Source: Octopus vulgaris (taxonomy: Eukaryota). From it: 64,000 nt of DNA. This document shows, in pieces, positions 39,634-53,864 of the stretch (position 1 is its first letter; every line of letters starts with the position of its first letter). The notes beneath the pieces were generated by a model that saw only the letters and a list, made by a program, of their open reading frames with translations, was not told where the DNA came from and did not search any database. Location of the stretch: contig OX597817.1 in the NCBI GenBank assembly GCA_951406725.2, positions 75,640,001 through 75,704,000 on the forward strand, written 5' to 3'. A program made the translations under genes and the position numbers.

Positions 39634-40027
39634 TCTCTCTCTATATAAAGCTGAAGTTGTCTGTGTATGGCAGGTTTGGTAGCCTTCAACTAACAGTCTC
39701 TCCTCCGAGACCCTGCGGCGCAAGTTGACAAAAATTGAGAGTATGATAGAAGAAGGCTTGCTCTTCCTTCTGTAGAAGTAAAAATTCAAATCGGACCATG
39801 TTATCACCAAAAGTTATTTACATCAAAAAGGTGCTTTTTTTTCTATGAAAATCCCCATTTTTTACGATTTTTTTACTGCTATGTCGCCATTTTTTCGGTG
39901 TATTTCAACCAGAAAAATGTCCACTTAATGAGAATAACAAGCTACATAATGCAAAATTTTAACTTTTCAAAAATTCTAATTCTGAAAGGTCGAAACAAAC
40001 CCGAACAACGCCGGACGATACTGCTAG
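39634..40027 (+). mobile_element. Non-autonomous Helitron
   Basis: A|TCTCTCTCTATATAAA start; cccgaacaacgccgga + gatactgCTAG|T end; no TSD. Confidence 0.85.
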
Positions 40028-41039
40028 TCATCTTTATAAAACAGTAATATAAGTTGTGATGTTTATGATTTTGTCAGTAACATTATATCAACAGCTTTAA
40101 ACAGTTGAAATGATAATGAAGGGAACTGACTTTAACCTGATTTATAACTGTATCATAATCTCGATTGTCGTTACACTATTACATGTTGAGGCTCACTAGG
40201 AAGTATCTTCTATTATGTTCTTTCGCTTGTTTCAGTCATTGGAATGCGGTCAAGCTGGGGCACTGCCTTGAAAAAGTTTAGTCGAAAAAATTCGACTCCA
40301 GTACTTACTTTTTAAAACTGGTACTTGTTCTACGAGTCTTTTTCCGCCGAATGGCTAAGATGCGAGGACATAAACAAACAACCGGTATATCAAGCGGTGC
40401 AGCGAGGCAAACACACACACACACACACACATGTACATACACACACAAGTGGTACCGCGAAGCAGTGATGAGAAATAAACAAAATTTAACTTAATTCAAA
40501 TATGTTTGCGACATATTTTAACTTCTTTATCGTAAAATGTGTAAATAGGTCGTTATCAGCTCGGTGGCACCCTCTTTTAGAACCCCTGGATCAGTTCTGA
40601 CTTTTTATGCCTTCCTCAGTAGAGGATACAAAAGAAAGCTAACCCTGAGCTGATACAAATCCGTAGCTCTATAACGAATCAGTCAATATTAGCGACTGAT
40701 TTACGGTCGCTGATTTTCTAGTATGAAGAAATACATCAGTAGTAGCCCGAAGCAGTGATAGCAAAATGACAAACTTTAGATTAGTTCAAATATGTTTCTG
40801 AGGAGGAAGATATAACAAGCTAGAAATGCAACTAGGGTCTCAATAGAAGACACATCTGAGCCGACAATGGTGTATTTATACCTTTTAACGTAAGCGTGAA
40901 TATTTTCTATACAGTAAACTGCAGTGAAATTGTCTTTAAAAGTTAAAATGTCACAAAGGCTTTCGAAGTGACCAAAAGTTTTTTTATATATATATATATA
41001 TTCGCTTGTTGATTACTGCCCTATACCAACTTTTCAGAT

Positions 41040-41175
<136 letters not shown>

Positions 41176-41644
41176 ATTGTTGATAGGATCAAACCACTTT
41201 ATTGCTGATTTTGCTTTTAACATCGGGAAAAAGGCAAAAGAGAATGTGGAACGACCGAAAGAAAACGACAACAAAAACATCCCATTTAAGACATTCCTAT
41301 ATGACCTTTGCTATAGAGACACTTTTATAAAAGAAATTATTTCAAAGAATATATCTTATTTTACATGTTCTGTGATGATTGTAGAATTTTGAACATTAAT
41401 ACTTTGCTTGTCCAAATCATTTGAATAAGTTTGTCCTAAACGTCCGTACTTGTTTTTAGACTTTTACCTAGTCCTTTTTCAAACATTCTGAGTATGTTAA
41501 AGCCTTCTGTCCACAAGTTCCAAGTTATTTTGGCGGTTAAAAGAAAAAAAAAAAGAGCGTATATCACATATTTTTCATTGGCATCATGAAAATGTCCTGT
41601 GTGTTACATGTGATACACTGGAGAGGCAAGAATTAAGACATTTG

Positions 41645-42500
41645 GAGGTACTCAAAGGAAACCAGAATTTTGCAATATTATTTTATTCACTTAGTTTTAC
41701 ATGTTTACACTTTTATCGCCTTCAAAGTATTCTCCACTTGAAGCAAAGCATCAGTCCCGACGCGTTTTCCACTGTTCAAGGCAATAGAAGTGGTGCCTTT
41801 TAACGCCTCCGTCGTTTTTCACCTCTCTTCCACATCTGCATATTCCGTAGCACCAGCCTTCGTCACCTGTGATAATCTTCGTAAAAAGGGGCCGGATCAA
41901 CTTCTAACTGTTCTTTCAGTTCACGACACGCATACAGTCGTGACTACTTTTGATCTTCCGTGAGCAAACGAGACACAAATTTTGCTGCAACTCTTTTCAT
42001 TTGAAATTCCTCGCTCAAAATTCGTTGGTAGGAGCTGCATGACATACCAGTCATATCAACAAGTTTGTGAATTGTTCGGCGACCGTCATCCAAGATAAGT
42101 TTATGAATTTTCATGATACTTTTATTATTTCTGGCGGTCGACAGCCGTCCTGAACGAAGTTGGTCTTCAAGCGACATGTGACCATTCCTAAAGCGTGAAA
42201 ACCACTCGTAAACTTGTGTTTTGCTCAGTGCAGCGTCCTTGTAAGCTGTTTGAAGCAAAATAACTGTTTCGGCCGCCATTTCTCCCAGCAGAAAACAGAA
42301 TTTCACGGAAGTATGCTGTTCCTTCGCAAAAATCGACGAACAGGGGAGAAGCACTGCAAAACAAAGACGCAACACGTGGCGGTATGACCCCACCGAATAA
42401 CTCCGGTCGGCAGACTGATGCCTGAGGGTCGCATCAATCCCGAACTACAGCGGGGTTGTCCCACAGAGAACGTTTCCAGTTATTTATGGATACCCCCTCG
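41645..42500 (-). mobile_element. Internally deleted mariner transposon
   Basis: ORF 41944-42393 contains a mariner HTH region (VKFCFLLG..AAET..VYEWFSRF..RSGR..KRVAAKFVSRLLT), then ITGDE joined almost directly to EYFEGD; imperfect TIRs at both ends. Confidence 0.88.
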
Positions 42501-44949
42501 TATGGACCACTAAGTCTTAATCGATTGCTTAATAACAAGGTCTCCCATTTTTAAGTGACAACGGGAAGATAGAGTGATGCTTATGCTTTATCAAAGAGCA
42601 TATTTGAAGTAAGTGAATATAAATGGTAATACAGAAATGAAAATATATAACGGACTTTAGACACAGCATACTTTCTACTTGCTTGCAACGGTGCCAGAGA
42701 CGTAAAAAAGTAGACGTAAAAATATTGATTTCTTTTGATGTAACAGCTCTGCAATTATTTGAGATGAAAATAGGAATTTTTATGATTCTAAAGAAATAAA
42801 AATGGGAATATCTTCAAGATTTTCTTAATAGCAATATTAGAATCAATGGAATCAAATGTGTATTTATGCCTTACGTTGAAACTGAATTCAGTTCACCGTA
42901 AGTTTGTTACTTTCTCTACAGCTGTAGTAACGAAAGTCTTCAAAATATTGGTCTGTTTTGACTCCGAGAAATGCCGTGTAATTCCGTGTTAGGAAAATGG
43001 TACGCTTCGATGTACATACATTTCTCAGAAACGTGGGTGACAGAAAATTCGACCTGGGAGCAAAAAAAGTTATCGTTTTGGTTTGTTTAAACTTAATTTC
43101 CAGTTTGCAACATCCTCTTTTTTATTTAAAATATATTAAATACCTCATTGGTGTCTGTAGATGTGATGAATAAATATACGAGAGACAGATGGAAGGAATA
43201 TAATACAGAGAGAGAGAGAAGAGGGAGAGAGAATAAGAGAGAGTAGAGACAGAGAGAAAGGAGAGAGAGAGAACAAAATGAAGGGTGATCAATATTAATA
43301 GACATTAGAATGACTTAAAGGGAAATAAAACTAATCATTTATTCTTTCTTGCGTGAAAAGATTTTGATTACGCCACTGGAAAAAATACCAAGCAATCAAA
43401 TCATTCATTTATTTCCAGTTGAGCGATCTTCTATGAGTTTAGTGGAGTGGAAATGGCAGAGCGTAGACTCATGACTTTTAAACCGACGATTTGTTACGTT
43501 TTTCCGACTCGCATAAAGAGTCCTATTTAAAGTTAAATTTTCATTTTATACAAACGTGAAATATAAGACATTTGCTTTTGTTAGAGATTGGAAATGGATA
43601 GATCTACTTCCTGAAGTTTTCATGAGTATCAGCTTACATTAATTAACATGTGCTGTGTACACTTGTAGATCTGAGATCGAATCTTTCGGTGCGTCCCGAG
43701 AGGTGAGCTACATTAGTTTCAAATTTTGGCACAAGGCTATATTATGACCGGGTTCTAATTCGGGTCACAGCAACAAAGCCCACCCACCACACTTCTCGCG
43801 CCATCATTACTGCCTCGAGGTCCTGGATACATTCCAGACCAGTGTCTGCAATCAAGTTGACGATATAAGTGTGACGGCTTTTCCCTCCTGAACTTTGTAG
43901 GTGATACAGCTCTCTTATCTAACGAAATAGGTCAAGCACAACAGTTACTCAGCAAAGTAAAAACATCAGCTGCTAAAATAGGACAGTACACAAAAATCAA
44001 AAAAGCTGAACATGTGTCATTCAGTACAAGACTGACAATGTCGGTGAGGGGCTAAGTCAATTACATCGACCCCAGTGCTTAACTGATATCTATTTTATCT
44101 ATTTCATCTTTCGTCTGCAATCCTGAAAGTTTGGGTTCTTATGTTTTCGTCACTGCGATTGTTTTCGGCGATTTTTTCACATGATTTTTTTTGCGACGAA
44201 TATGATCTTCGTTGGGATATGTCTCTGGAGGAAGGAATTTCAACAAATTCTCCAAAACAAGTCAGAAATCTGTTTGCAGATCTTCCCATTCGTGGTCAGT
44301 TGCTTAAAACCTATATACTAGCTTTTAAGCTAGTATTTACATAAATACACACACATACACACATGTATGTATACGTTTGCATATATATGCTTTCACCCTC
44401 CACACGCACATACACATACGTATAAACAAACGGCTCACAAAACGAACCAATCTAATTAGTTTAGAATGGAACGTGGAACTATTTCATTACAAGGTGATTG
44501 AATTGATGAGGTTGGAGAAAAAGTATATTGACAAAAAGAAAAACAAACAAACAAACTAACAAGATAAATGAAATCAATACTTAACAAACGAGATCATTCT
44601 TAAAATTCTATTGTCCTCTTCAACAGTTTCTGCGATCGAGAGCAGTTGATCAATAACAGTTATTGAAATTTGATGGACAAGAAACTGGTTCTGAATCTCG
44701 AGAGGATATTTGGAAAAATCTAGATTTAAGAGATAGACAAACACCAATAAAACTAAATAGGAATACAACGTAGCAGCAAAATCATTATTGATACATACAT
44801 ACATGCATACAAACACACACACGCGCAGAATATGTATGTATGCATGTATGTATGTATGCATGTATGTATGTACACATAGTTTAGACAGAAATGAACTGAA
44901 AGAAATAACACCGAGTGTGCATGAGTCAAAAATATACGCACTGATGTTT

Positions 44950-45625
44950 TTGTAATTTATTAAAACAAAAGCAATGGGTGAACAATTATAGCATTTTTCG
45001 ACATGGTCTCCTTGCTTTTAGATGCACTTCTTCCAGCGGTCCACAAACTTGTTTATTCAATCGGAGAAGATTTTTGGATGGTCACGCAGTCATTTATACA
45101 CTGCTTCTTGCACGTCTTCGTCAGTAGCAAATTGACCGACATCATAAAGAGTGTTTGAGCGGTTCAAAGAGATGATAGCCAGAAGGGACAGGATCTGAAC
45201 TGTATGCAGATTGTTCCACCAACACGGAACCCAATTTTTTAATGGTTTCAACGGTGTGGGTGCGGTATTTGGGCGTGCATTACCGTGAAACAATGAAGAC
45301 TTGCTTTAAAAACAGACTTCGGCATTTGGTGTGAATTGCTGGTTTCAGATTATTGGCCAGCATTTCCAGCATTTCCCTGTAGCCTACGTTTGTGACTGTA
45401 GGCCACTTTTCTTGGTAATGTTTCAGTACAGGACCTTTCGCATTAAAAAAAAACCCCAAAAAACCGGTTAGTTTCACTCCCTCTGCGGAAGGAATTGAAT
45501 GCCATTTTCTCTAGCGATTCTGGGTGTTTCTAATCCATACTCTACTTTCTCGATTCTAGCTTAAAGTGATGGAGCCAAGTCTCATATCCTGTGGGTATGA
45601 TCTCCCCGTTTTCATGGTTGTAGCA
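44950..45625 (-). mobile_element. Mariner 3' fragment
   Basis: HGNARPNTA, FATDEDVQEAV and RWKKCI-like motifs spread across frameshifts. Confidence 0.8.
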
Positions 45626-45695
45626 GACCATCGACAAATATAACTGTATATATATAGATAGATAGATACATACATACACACACACATACATATAT

Positions 45696-45997
45696 ATCAG
45701 CATGACCGACCAGGCTATCAGATGTTGCTACACATCGCTAGTCACAATGCGCTTCGCATTGTTTTAGCCTTCAGATGCCTCCACCCCGCTGGCTAAGCGA
45801 GCAGGCCAACAGAAGAAAGAGTGAGAGAAATTTGTGGCGAAAGAGTACAGCAGGGATTGTCACCACCCCCTGTCGGAGGCTCTTGGAGTTTTAAGTGTTT
45901 TCGCTCAATAAACACTCACAACGCCCGGTCTGGCAATCGAAATCGCGATCCTACGACCGCGAGTCCGGTGCCCTAACCACTTGACCATTGCGCCTCC
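45696..45997 (-). mobile_element. SINE family C, tRNA(Arg)-like head, full length
   Basis: ggaggcgcaatggtcaagtggttagggcaccggactcgcgg...ttcgattgcc; second copy at 51275. Confidence 0.85.
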
Positions 45998-46068
45998 ACC
46001 TAAAATCGGACAAAGTGCCGGCCGCTAAGTATCTTGCCCGGTGCACTAACTGTTCTGCCAGCTCGTAG

Positions 46069-46219
<151 letters not shown>

Positions 46220-46519
46220 ACACACATTCACATATTGACCATTATACGCAAAGATATCTATATTTAGATGGAAATAAAGATTAACAACACTGCCAAATCG
46301 AATGAATTAATAACAATGAAAGCTTAACTGATTCGTTTAGTAATCTAAAATTAGTTTTCACTTGATCTAATCCAATACTCGATCTCAATGCCTTAAATCT
46401 GTTTAATCCCTTTATCACATCTATAACAGCTGCGTCTTTATTAAGTGGTGTATAAGTCCGTATATATTACCGGACCTATGCACTCCCACTACGTAAAAAT
46501 ATACATACATACATATTTA

Positions 46520-46595
<76 letters not shown>

Positions 46596-46882
46596 ATACT
46601 CACACATACAAAAATATACACACAGGAACACACACACACACACATGCAGTTATATTAAGCTCACATAATCAATATAAACACCAAATTTTAATATATGCTG
46701 TTCGTATATACTATATACCACCCACAATTTTAAACATAGTGAAAATAGTGAACATACGCACACGCACACACACCCACGCATGTGCACGCATAGAACCTAC
46801 ACGCGCGGACACACATTTATATCCGATTTTGTAAGCTCACGTGAATATACATAAACACTGATTTAATATATATATGCTTGTC

Positions 46883-47280
46883 CAAGGCGGCCAGCTGGCA
46901 GAAACGTTGGCACGCCGGGCAAGATGATTAGCGGTATTTCGTCAACCGCTACGTTCTGAGTTCAAATTCCGCCGAGGTCGACTTTGCCTTTCATCCTTTC
47001 GGGGTCGACTAAATAAGTACCAGTTACTCACTGGGGTCGATATAATCGACTTAATCCGTTTATCTGTCCTTGTTTGTCCTCTCTGTGTTTGTCCTCTTGT
47101 GGGTAGTAAAGAAATAGGTATTTCGTCTGTCTTTACGTTCTGAGTTCAAATTCGGCCGAAGTCGACTTTGCCTTTCATCCTCTCGGGGTTGATAAATTAA
47201 GTACCAGTTGCGTACTGTGGTCGATCTCATCGACTGGTACTCTTCCCTTAAATTTCGGGCCTTGTGCCTAGAGTTGAAAA
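46883..47280 (+). mobile_element. Dimeric SINE B (head-body-tail1-body-tail2)
   Basis: The body repeats after aagaaatagg; two different tails. Confidence 0.88.
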
Positions 47281-49149
47281 GAATATATATGTTTGTCCGA
47301 TATATACCTACAAACATAAACGTAATGTAAAATGGATATCGATCACAGAAATACGAACATGTAGACGCGCGCGCGTTCACACACACGCATACACAAATTC
47401 CTATATAGATCATTTTAATTAGACACAGACACTCAGATACTTACACTTTAAAGAGATCTGATAGGTAAGTTGATTAATGTTTTACAGACCTCTGATTTGA
47501 TTCCGTTTTAAATATGACCCTAGGAAATGCGTGGACTTGGTCGCTCATCCAGCAAGAAATAGCAGCCAAATTCTCATTAGATCACACCTTACCGTTATTG
47601 TGATCCTATTATACACCACATCTAAATAAAGGTAAACAAGATGGTCGCGGTTAGAACTGTTCAAATCGGACAGTCCGGAGACTAAATAACTATAACTGGC
47701 ACTTCTCTTTTAAAAATAATTTGAGAGGTTTTTATATGTTATTGAGGATACAGTTACCGCCCCTGTGGTAAGCACTTCTTCCTTCTGTTTCCAAGGCAGC
47801 AATCTTACAATGCATCTGAATATTTGCAAAAACGGGTATTAACAAAAAATATATAGCGTTAAAATGTCTAAAGAAAAATATTTTTTTCAATCCCAAGTAA
47901 TGTGCGGCAGACTCTAAAAAAAACCCCAAACCCTTCCGTGAGCGATACTGTATCTTTCTATAAATAAATCCGGTGAAAAATTTCTTTCTTTGCAGATACA
48001 ACTAAATACTGATAATTTAGAGATTCTGTCAATCACCAATTTTTACGATAAATAATATTGATTTCTAACACTTTAATGATAATAATTTTTATCAAATTTT
48101 ACATCTTTTGGAAACTGGTGGAGAAATTCTAATAGTTATAGCTTGATATTAAAGTTATTTTTCTCACACAGGTGGAAACATGAGATAACTTTAAGGGGAA
48201 GGAAAAATAAACACACCTATATAATAATAGTCGATACAAATGTTGTTTGGTTGGATGGTTGGCTGGATGATTACTCCAGCAATGCATAGAATGAGAGAGA
48301 GAGAGAGGGAGAGAGAGAGTATGTGTGTGTGTAAAAGAGAAAGTAAAAGTGAGATATAGAGTGTTCACATAAGAGGGGTCGTTTAATGCACATACTAGGC
48401 TTCGTGGCAGGCAATGAGTACAGAAATGTTTTACAGACGCTTTGAGAGAGAAAGAATTATAGGGACAGAGTAGGAGAACGAGGAGGAGGTGAGGAAGGAG
48501 TAAATGACAAAATAACCTTAGGAGGATGTAAAATTTTGCAGAGATAGATTGCGATTATGTTGATAAAATTGAGACAAATAATAACATATATTTATTACAA
48601 GCATACAAGAAAACTTGTTTGTCGGATTTCATATTAAGGTAATAAATAATTTTCTTACGAAAATAAGTATTCATTTTATCCTTTTGTATAAGTACTAAGG
48701 AATTTTATATAAGTTAACTTTAGTTAACAGTTCGGCCGATAGAATAGGTATCAGTTTTTTTTTTTAAAAAGTAAGTATTGGGGTTGATTCTTGAAGGTGG
48801 TGTCTCAGTATGACCGCAGTCCAAGGACTGAAACAGAAGATAAAAGATAGCGTTTGTGACTGTGTAAGAATAAGTATTTGCATACGCTTTACCTAAATTC
48901 TTGCAATCTCTCGATTTCCTGTAATTCAGACCGCCTCAAGATCACAGCAGGCCAAATGGAAAAGGTGTTGTCTCTGAGGATGGCGGTGAGAGGGGATATG
49001 GTCCGGGGATCGAGAACGCCTGTAGTACGCCATATTTCCTGATATTGCCTATGGTTGTAAAAGTATACTTCATAAAAGTTTACTTATCCGTCAAATAATG
49101 AATAACATCGTCTCGTCTAGTGATGACCTATCCTTGGGCAGGTCCTGTG

Positions 49150-49780
49150 TATGTAAACAATCGAAACTACTGAGGAACTAGCAAAGAAGCTTGGATTTGG
49201 TCATTCAATCATTCATCGACACTTACGTGCCACCGGAAAAGTCAGCAAATTGGGTCAATGGGTTCCTCACAGACTTTCCGAGTCTAAATCGCACGCAGTG
49301 AGTGAATATGTGCTCTTCTTTGCTGCCACATCCCGCGAATGAACCTATTTTTGGACCGAATTGTGACTGGTGATGAGAAATGGGTTTTCTATAAAAATGT
49401 CAACTGCTGAAGACAGTGGATAAGGAAACACCGGCATCACAGGCTAAAGAAGGTCTTCACCCACTTAAGGTGTTGTTAGCTGTTTGGTGGGATATGAAAG
49501 GTTTAGTCCACTTTAAACTTTTAAACTCAAACAAAACGATAACAAAGATCTACTGCGCGAAGCTTGAATGGCTTTAGTCAGTACTAGAAGAAAAACGACC
49601 ATCTTTGATTTTAAGTCGAAAGGTGTTCTTCCATCAGGATAATGCTCGGCCACATACAGTGAGGATGACATTCCAAAGGCTGAGCAGTTTGAATGGGAAA
49701 CGATACCTTACCAGTCATGTTCGCCGGACATTGCCCCATCTGATTATTATTTATTCCGCAGTCTTCAAAATCAATCTGAG
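49150..49780 (+). mobile_element. Mariner transposase fragment
   Basis: WVPH.L, DRIVTGDEKWVFYKN, FHQDNARPH and SPDIAPSDYYLFRSL motifs. Confidence 0.9.
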
Positions 49781-51239
49781 GAAGAATACTTCAACTTCTC
49801 ATAACTCTTCGTTCGACGCCCCTCCATCACACAAGAGGAAAAAACGTCGTACGGCCAAAAATGCACGTGTATCTCGAACAAATCCAACAAACCAAATGAA
49901 TCACGGTAAACCGGAAGCAAGCTTCTTACCACACAGCCACGCTTGTGTCTATGCTCTTCATTATTTTTAATTCTCTTTTTGTTCTTCCTTTTTCGAATCG
50001 AGATTGAGAATTGTTAAGTGTTTAAGAGTTTTGCTTTAGAAAAAAAATGTGTTTCATAGGCGCCAGGAAATGGCATAATTTAAAAACATTGTGTAACGAG
50101 CCAATCTTTATTTTGTTTCATTTTGCTAAATTGTTTCCGTGACGTTTGCATTAAATTTGAATGTACAATTTAATATACATATTTATCAAATTTTCACCTT
50201 TAAAAAATAATTATATGAATCCTCTTTTCTTTTGAGTATGCATGTTTGCGTATAAGTGTATGTGTATATTTGTTTGTCTGTGTATGTGTGAGTATGTGTG
50301 TGTGCGTGTATTTGTGTGTACTACGGAAATGGCTCTTAGTGTAATTAAGTGATTTGACACGGTATGTATTGGGAACATTTTATTCAAAATTTTAGAATAC
50401 ACACACACACGATCTCTGATACACACATATATACATAAACGCTCAATATATATACATGTATATATATATATATATGCATAGTCACACGCACACACGCATA
50501 TACATACACACACACATAATTACCTGTACATGTGTGTATAGTCTACCTGGTCAATCTCGTAATTGCTATTAGCGTGAAACTGAGGCAATGAAGCTATCAA
50601 ACTTCAAGTGTTAGCCAGCACACACACACACACACACATACGTGTGAATGTTCGTACGCATTCACCAAGCGTCCCTGGAGGAAATGGCTTTGAGTTTTAC
50701 GGTGTGATGCGAATTAACCATATGAAAGGACTCTCATTTATCAACATGCTCAGATGATCTGTTATATATGTGAATCCACATTTACCTGAATGAGAGAGAA
50801 TGAACTGTTCTGCCCAACTATACAACAAAACACTCGAATTAATTTCGTATTCACTTACCCATTTCACCTCTATACTCGAACGCACAATTCATTAATTGTG
50901 GTAAGAAGTCTGCTCTCGAACCAAGGTTCAGTCCCGCTGCGAGGCACCTTTGGTGAGCGTTTTTTACAATAGTCTCGAGCCGACCAAAACATTGTGAATA
51001 GATTTGGTTGATGGAATACACACACACACATATATATGTGCATATATATATGTATGCATATGTATACACAGACATATATACGTGTGTATGTGCGTGTTTG
51101 TACCATCACCACCACCACCACCATCACCACCAACATCACCATTACCACTTGAGTGGGATTAGTAGGTAGAAGCTGAAAGAAGCCCCTCGTATATATATCT
51201 CTCTCTGTCTCTCTCACTCTCTCCCTCCCTATCCCCCCC

Positions 51240-51274
<35 letters not shown>

Positions 51275-51275
<1 letters not shown>

Positions 51276-51490
51276 GGAGGCGCAATGGCCTAGTGGTTAG
51301 GGCAGCGGACTTGCGGTCGGAGGATCGCGGTTTCGATTCACAGACCGGGCGTTGTGTGTGTTTATTGAGCGAAAACACCTAAAAGCTCCACGAGGCTCCG
51401 GCAGGAGGTGGTGATCCCTGCTGTACTATTTCACCACTCTAAAAGGCGGTGCTCCAGCATGGCCGCAGTCAAATGACTGAAACAAGTACA
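51275..51490 (+). mobile_element. SINE C 5' half fused to a SINE A tail
   Basis: Matches the 45997 copy up to ~51440, then continues aaaggcggtgctccagcatggccgcagtc. Confidence 0.8.
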
Positions 51491-52096
51491 AAAAAAAAAA
51501 AATATATATATATATATAAGGCGGTGTTCCATCATGACCGCAGTCAAATAAATGAAACAGGTAAAAGAAAAAAAGAATAAAAGAGTGCCTATGTGTGTTT
51601 GGGAGATAATAACCGGTGTTAGAGTGTTTACGTCCCCCGAATGTAGCATTTCGGCAAAAGGACCGATAGAATAAATACTAGGCTTCACAATAGAAATCAA
51701 AACAAATATCGAGGTCGATTCGTTCGACTGAAAATTCTTTAAGGCAGTGCCGCGGCATGGCTGCAGTCTAATGACAGAAACAAGTAAAAGATAAAAGATA
51801 TAGAACTTTCTCTACTAGTAGTGGTGGGGACTTAGTTTCTCGATCGATTAAGCGAACTTACCTGCACTTGTATCAACGTGTAAGTGGTTGAGTATATTTC
51901 AGACACGTGTAACATTAACGTAATTCTCAGGCAGGGCCAAACTGAAACAGTATGTGTGTATATGTATATGTCAATGTCTTTCTCTCTCTGTCTCTCTCTC
52001 TCTCTTTCAGTTGCTGGTGAAATTAAAATGTCCTCTTCCATGTATACGTGTTTTAGTCAGGAGGAAGATCAATGCGCATGACGCTTTATAGGACGA

Positions 52097-52487
52097 AGGA
52101 GTGGCTGTGTGGTAAGTAGCTTGCTTATTTACCACACAGTTCCGGGTTCATTCCTACTGCGTGGCACCTTGGGCAAGTAACTTCTACTATAGTCTCGGGC
52201 CGACCAAAGCCTTGTGAGTGGATTTGGTAGACAGAAACTGAAAGAAGCTTGTCGTATATATGTATATATATATACATGTATGTGTGTGTATTTGTTTGTG
52301 TGTCTGTGTTTGTCCCCCAACATCGCTTGATAACCGATGGTGGTGTGTTTACACCCCCGTAACTTAGCGGGTTAGTAAAAGAGACCGATATAAGTACTAG
52401 GCTTACAAAAAATAAGTCCTGGGGTCGATTTGCTCGACTAAAGGCGGTGCTCCAGCATAGCCGCAGTCAAATGACTGAAACAAATAA

Positions 52488-52495
<8 letters not shown>
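52097..52495 (+). mobile_element. SINE family A, near full length
   Basis: Homology to 17929-18350. Confidence 0.9.
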
Positions 52496-52526
<31 letters not shown>

Positions 52527-52597
52527 CTGAGACTTGTCGAGAGGAAGAAGGTACTCAGAAACTAGAGACCATGTTCAAATGCTTGTTTGGATTAACT

Positions 52598-52669
<72 letters not shown>

Positions 52670-52676
52670 ATATATA

Positions 52677-52758
<82 letters not shown>

Positions 52759-53864
52759 TCTCTCTGTATATATATATATATGTGTGTGTGGCATAAACAC
52801 ATATTACTCTGGTAACAACAGCCAAGTCCATGTGGCGGTGTTAAACTGACTGACGAATTAGGATTCCCGACAAAGTAGTTCATAGCGTGATTTGAACGCA
52901 GTATGCAAAGATCCAAAAGGAATATTGCAAAGCACTAGGTTCTCAGTTCTTACAATTCTGCCAATCCAGAACGCTCGATTGGTACTTATAATTTATCGAC
53001 CCCGAAAGCATAAAAAGCAAAGCTGACCTCGGCCAGATTTCGACACAAAGTGTATAGAGGCGAAACAAATAAAATGCAAGACGTTCTATTCAAGCCTCTA
53101 ACAAATCCACCTGTCCCTACTTTGTTTGAATGTTATTTGCGCGATTTATATTAAATTTAGATGCATCCTAGACCTCGTCGAAAACACAGACAGACATATT
53201 ACACATACACGTTTCAATAGCCCTTCTTCCTTCCCCATTTCTTCCTCTCTGTTTAGCAAACAATTTTTCACATATATTTACTTATCTTTAATCTAGCCGA
53301 TGCGTTGTTGTATTTTAGAAAAGGAAGAAATTTTCGATAATGCTGATAAATAAGAATTAAATGAAAATACCTCTCTCAGAAAATATATAAAAGGGCCAAT
53401 TTTTTTTAAGTGCTGAATGCTGGAAAATAATAACAGCACCGGAAACTAATCCATTCAGTCTTTATCTGTCATTTCAACTAATTCTTCTAACTGCTTCATA
53501 CACATTCTGGAACAATATCGAAGAGCGCTAACGTGAAAATCGGGTTAAGGACGATATGATGTCTCAGTTTTAGTTGGTGTTACATTTCTCTTTTTTTTTT
53601 GCATATAATGTACATAAACACACACACACACCCACCCACATACACAGACGCACACACACACACACACAAACACACAAACACACACACACGCACACACACA
53701 CACACACATACAAACACACCTACGCACACACACAAACACATACAAACACATATTTGTATACATTATTGTATTTATATGTGTGTGTGTATGTGTATGCGTA
53801 TGTATGTATATATAAATATATATATATTCACACACATATTTTCCTCCTTACATTTTATTGTTGT

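Larger units (their letters stand above)
37723..40166 (+). repeat. Diverged ~140-bp direct duplication (37723-37863 and 40028-40166)
   Basis: tcatctttataaaacag..ataagttg.gatgtttatg...tatcaaca.ctttaaa..ttgaaatgat.atga.gggaact present in both. Confidence 0.85.

Noticed and set aside
45930-45997. tRNA-Arg gene (also 51275-51345)
   Set aside because: No acceptor stem or terminator; it continues into a SINE body
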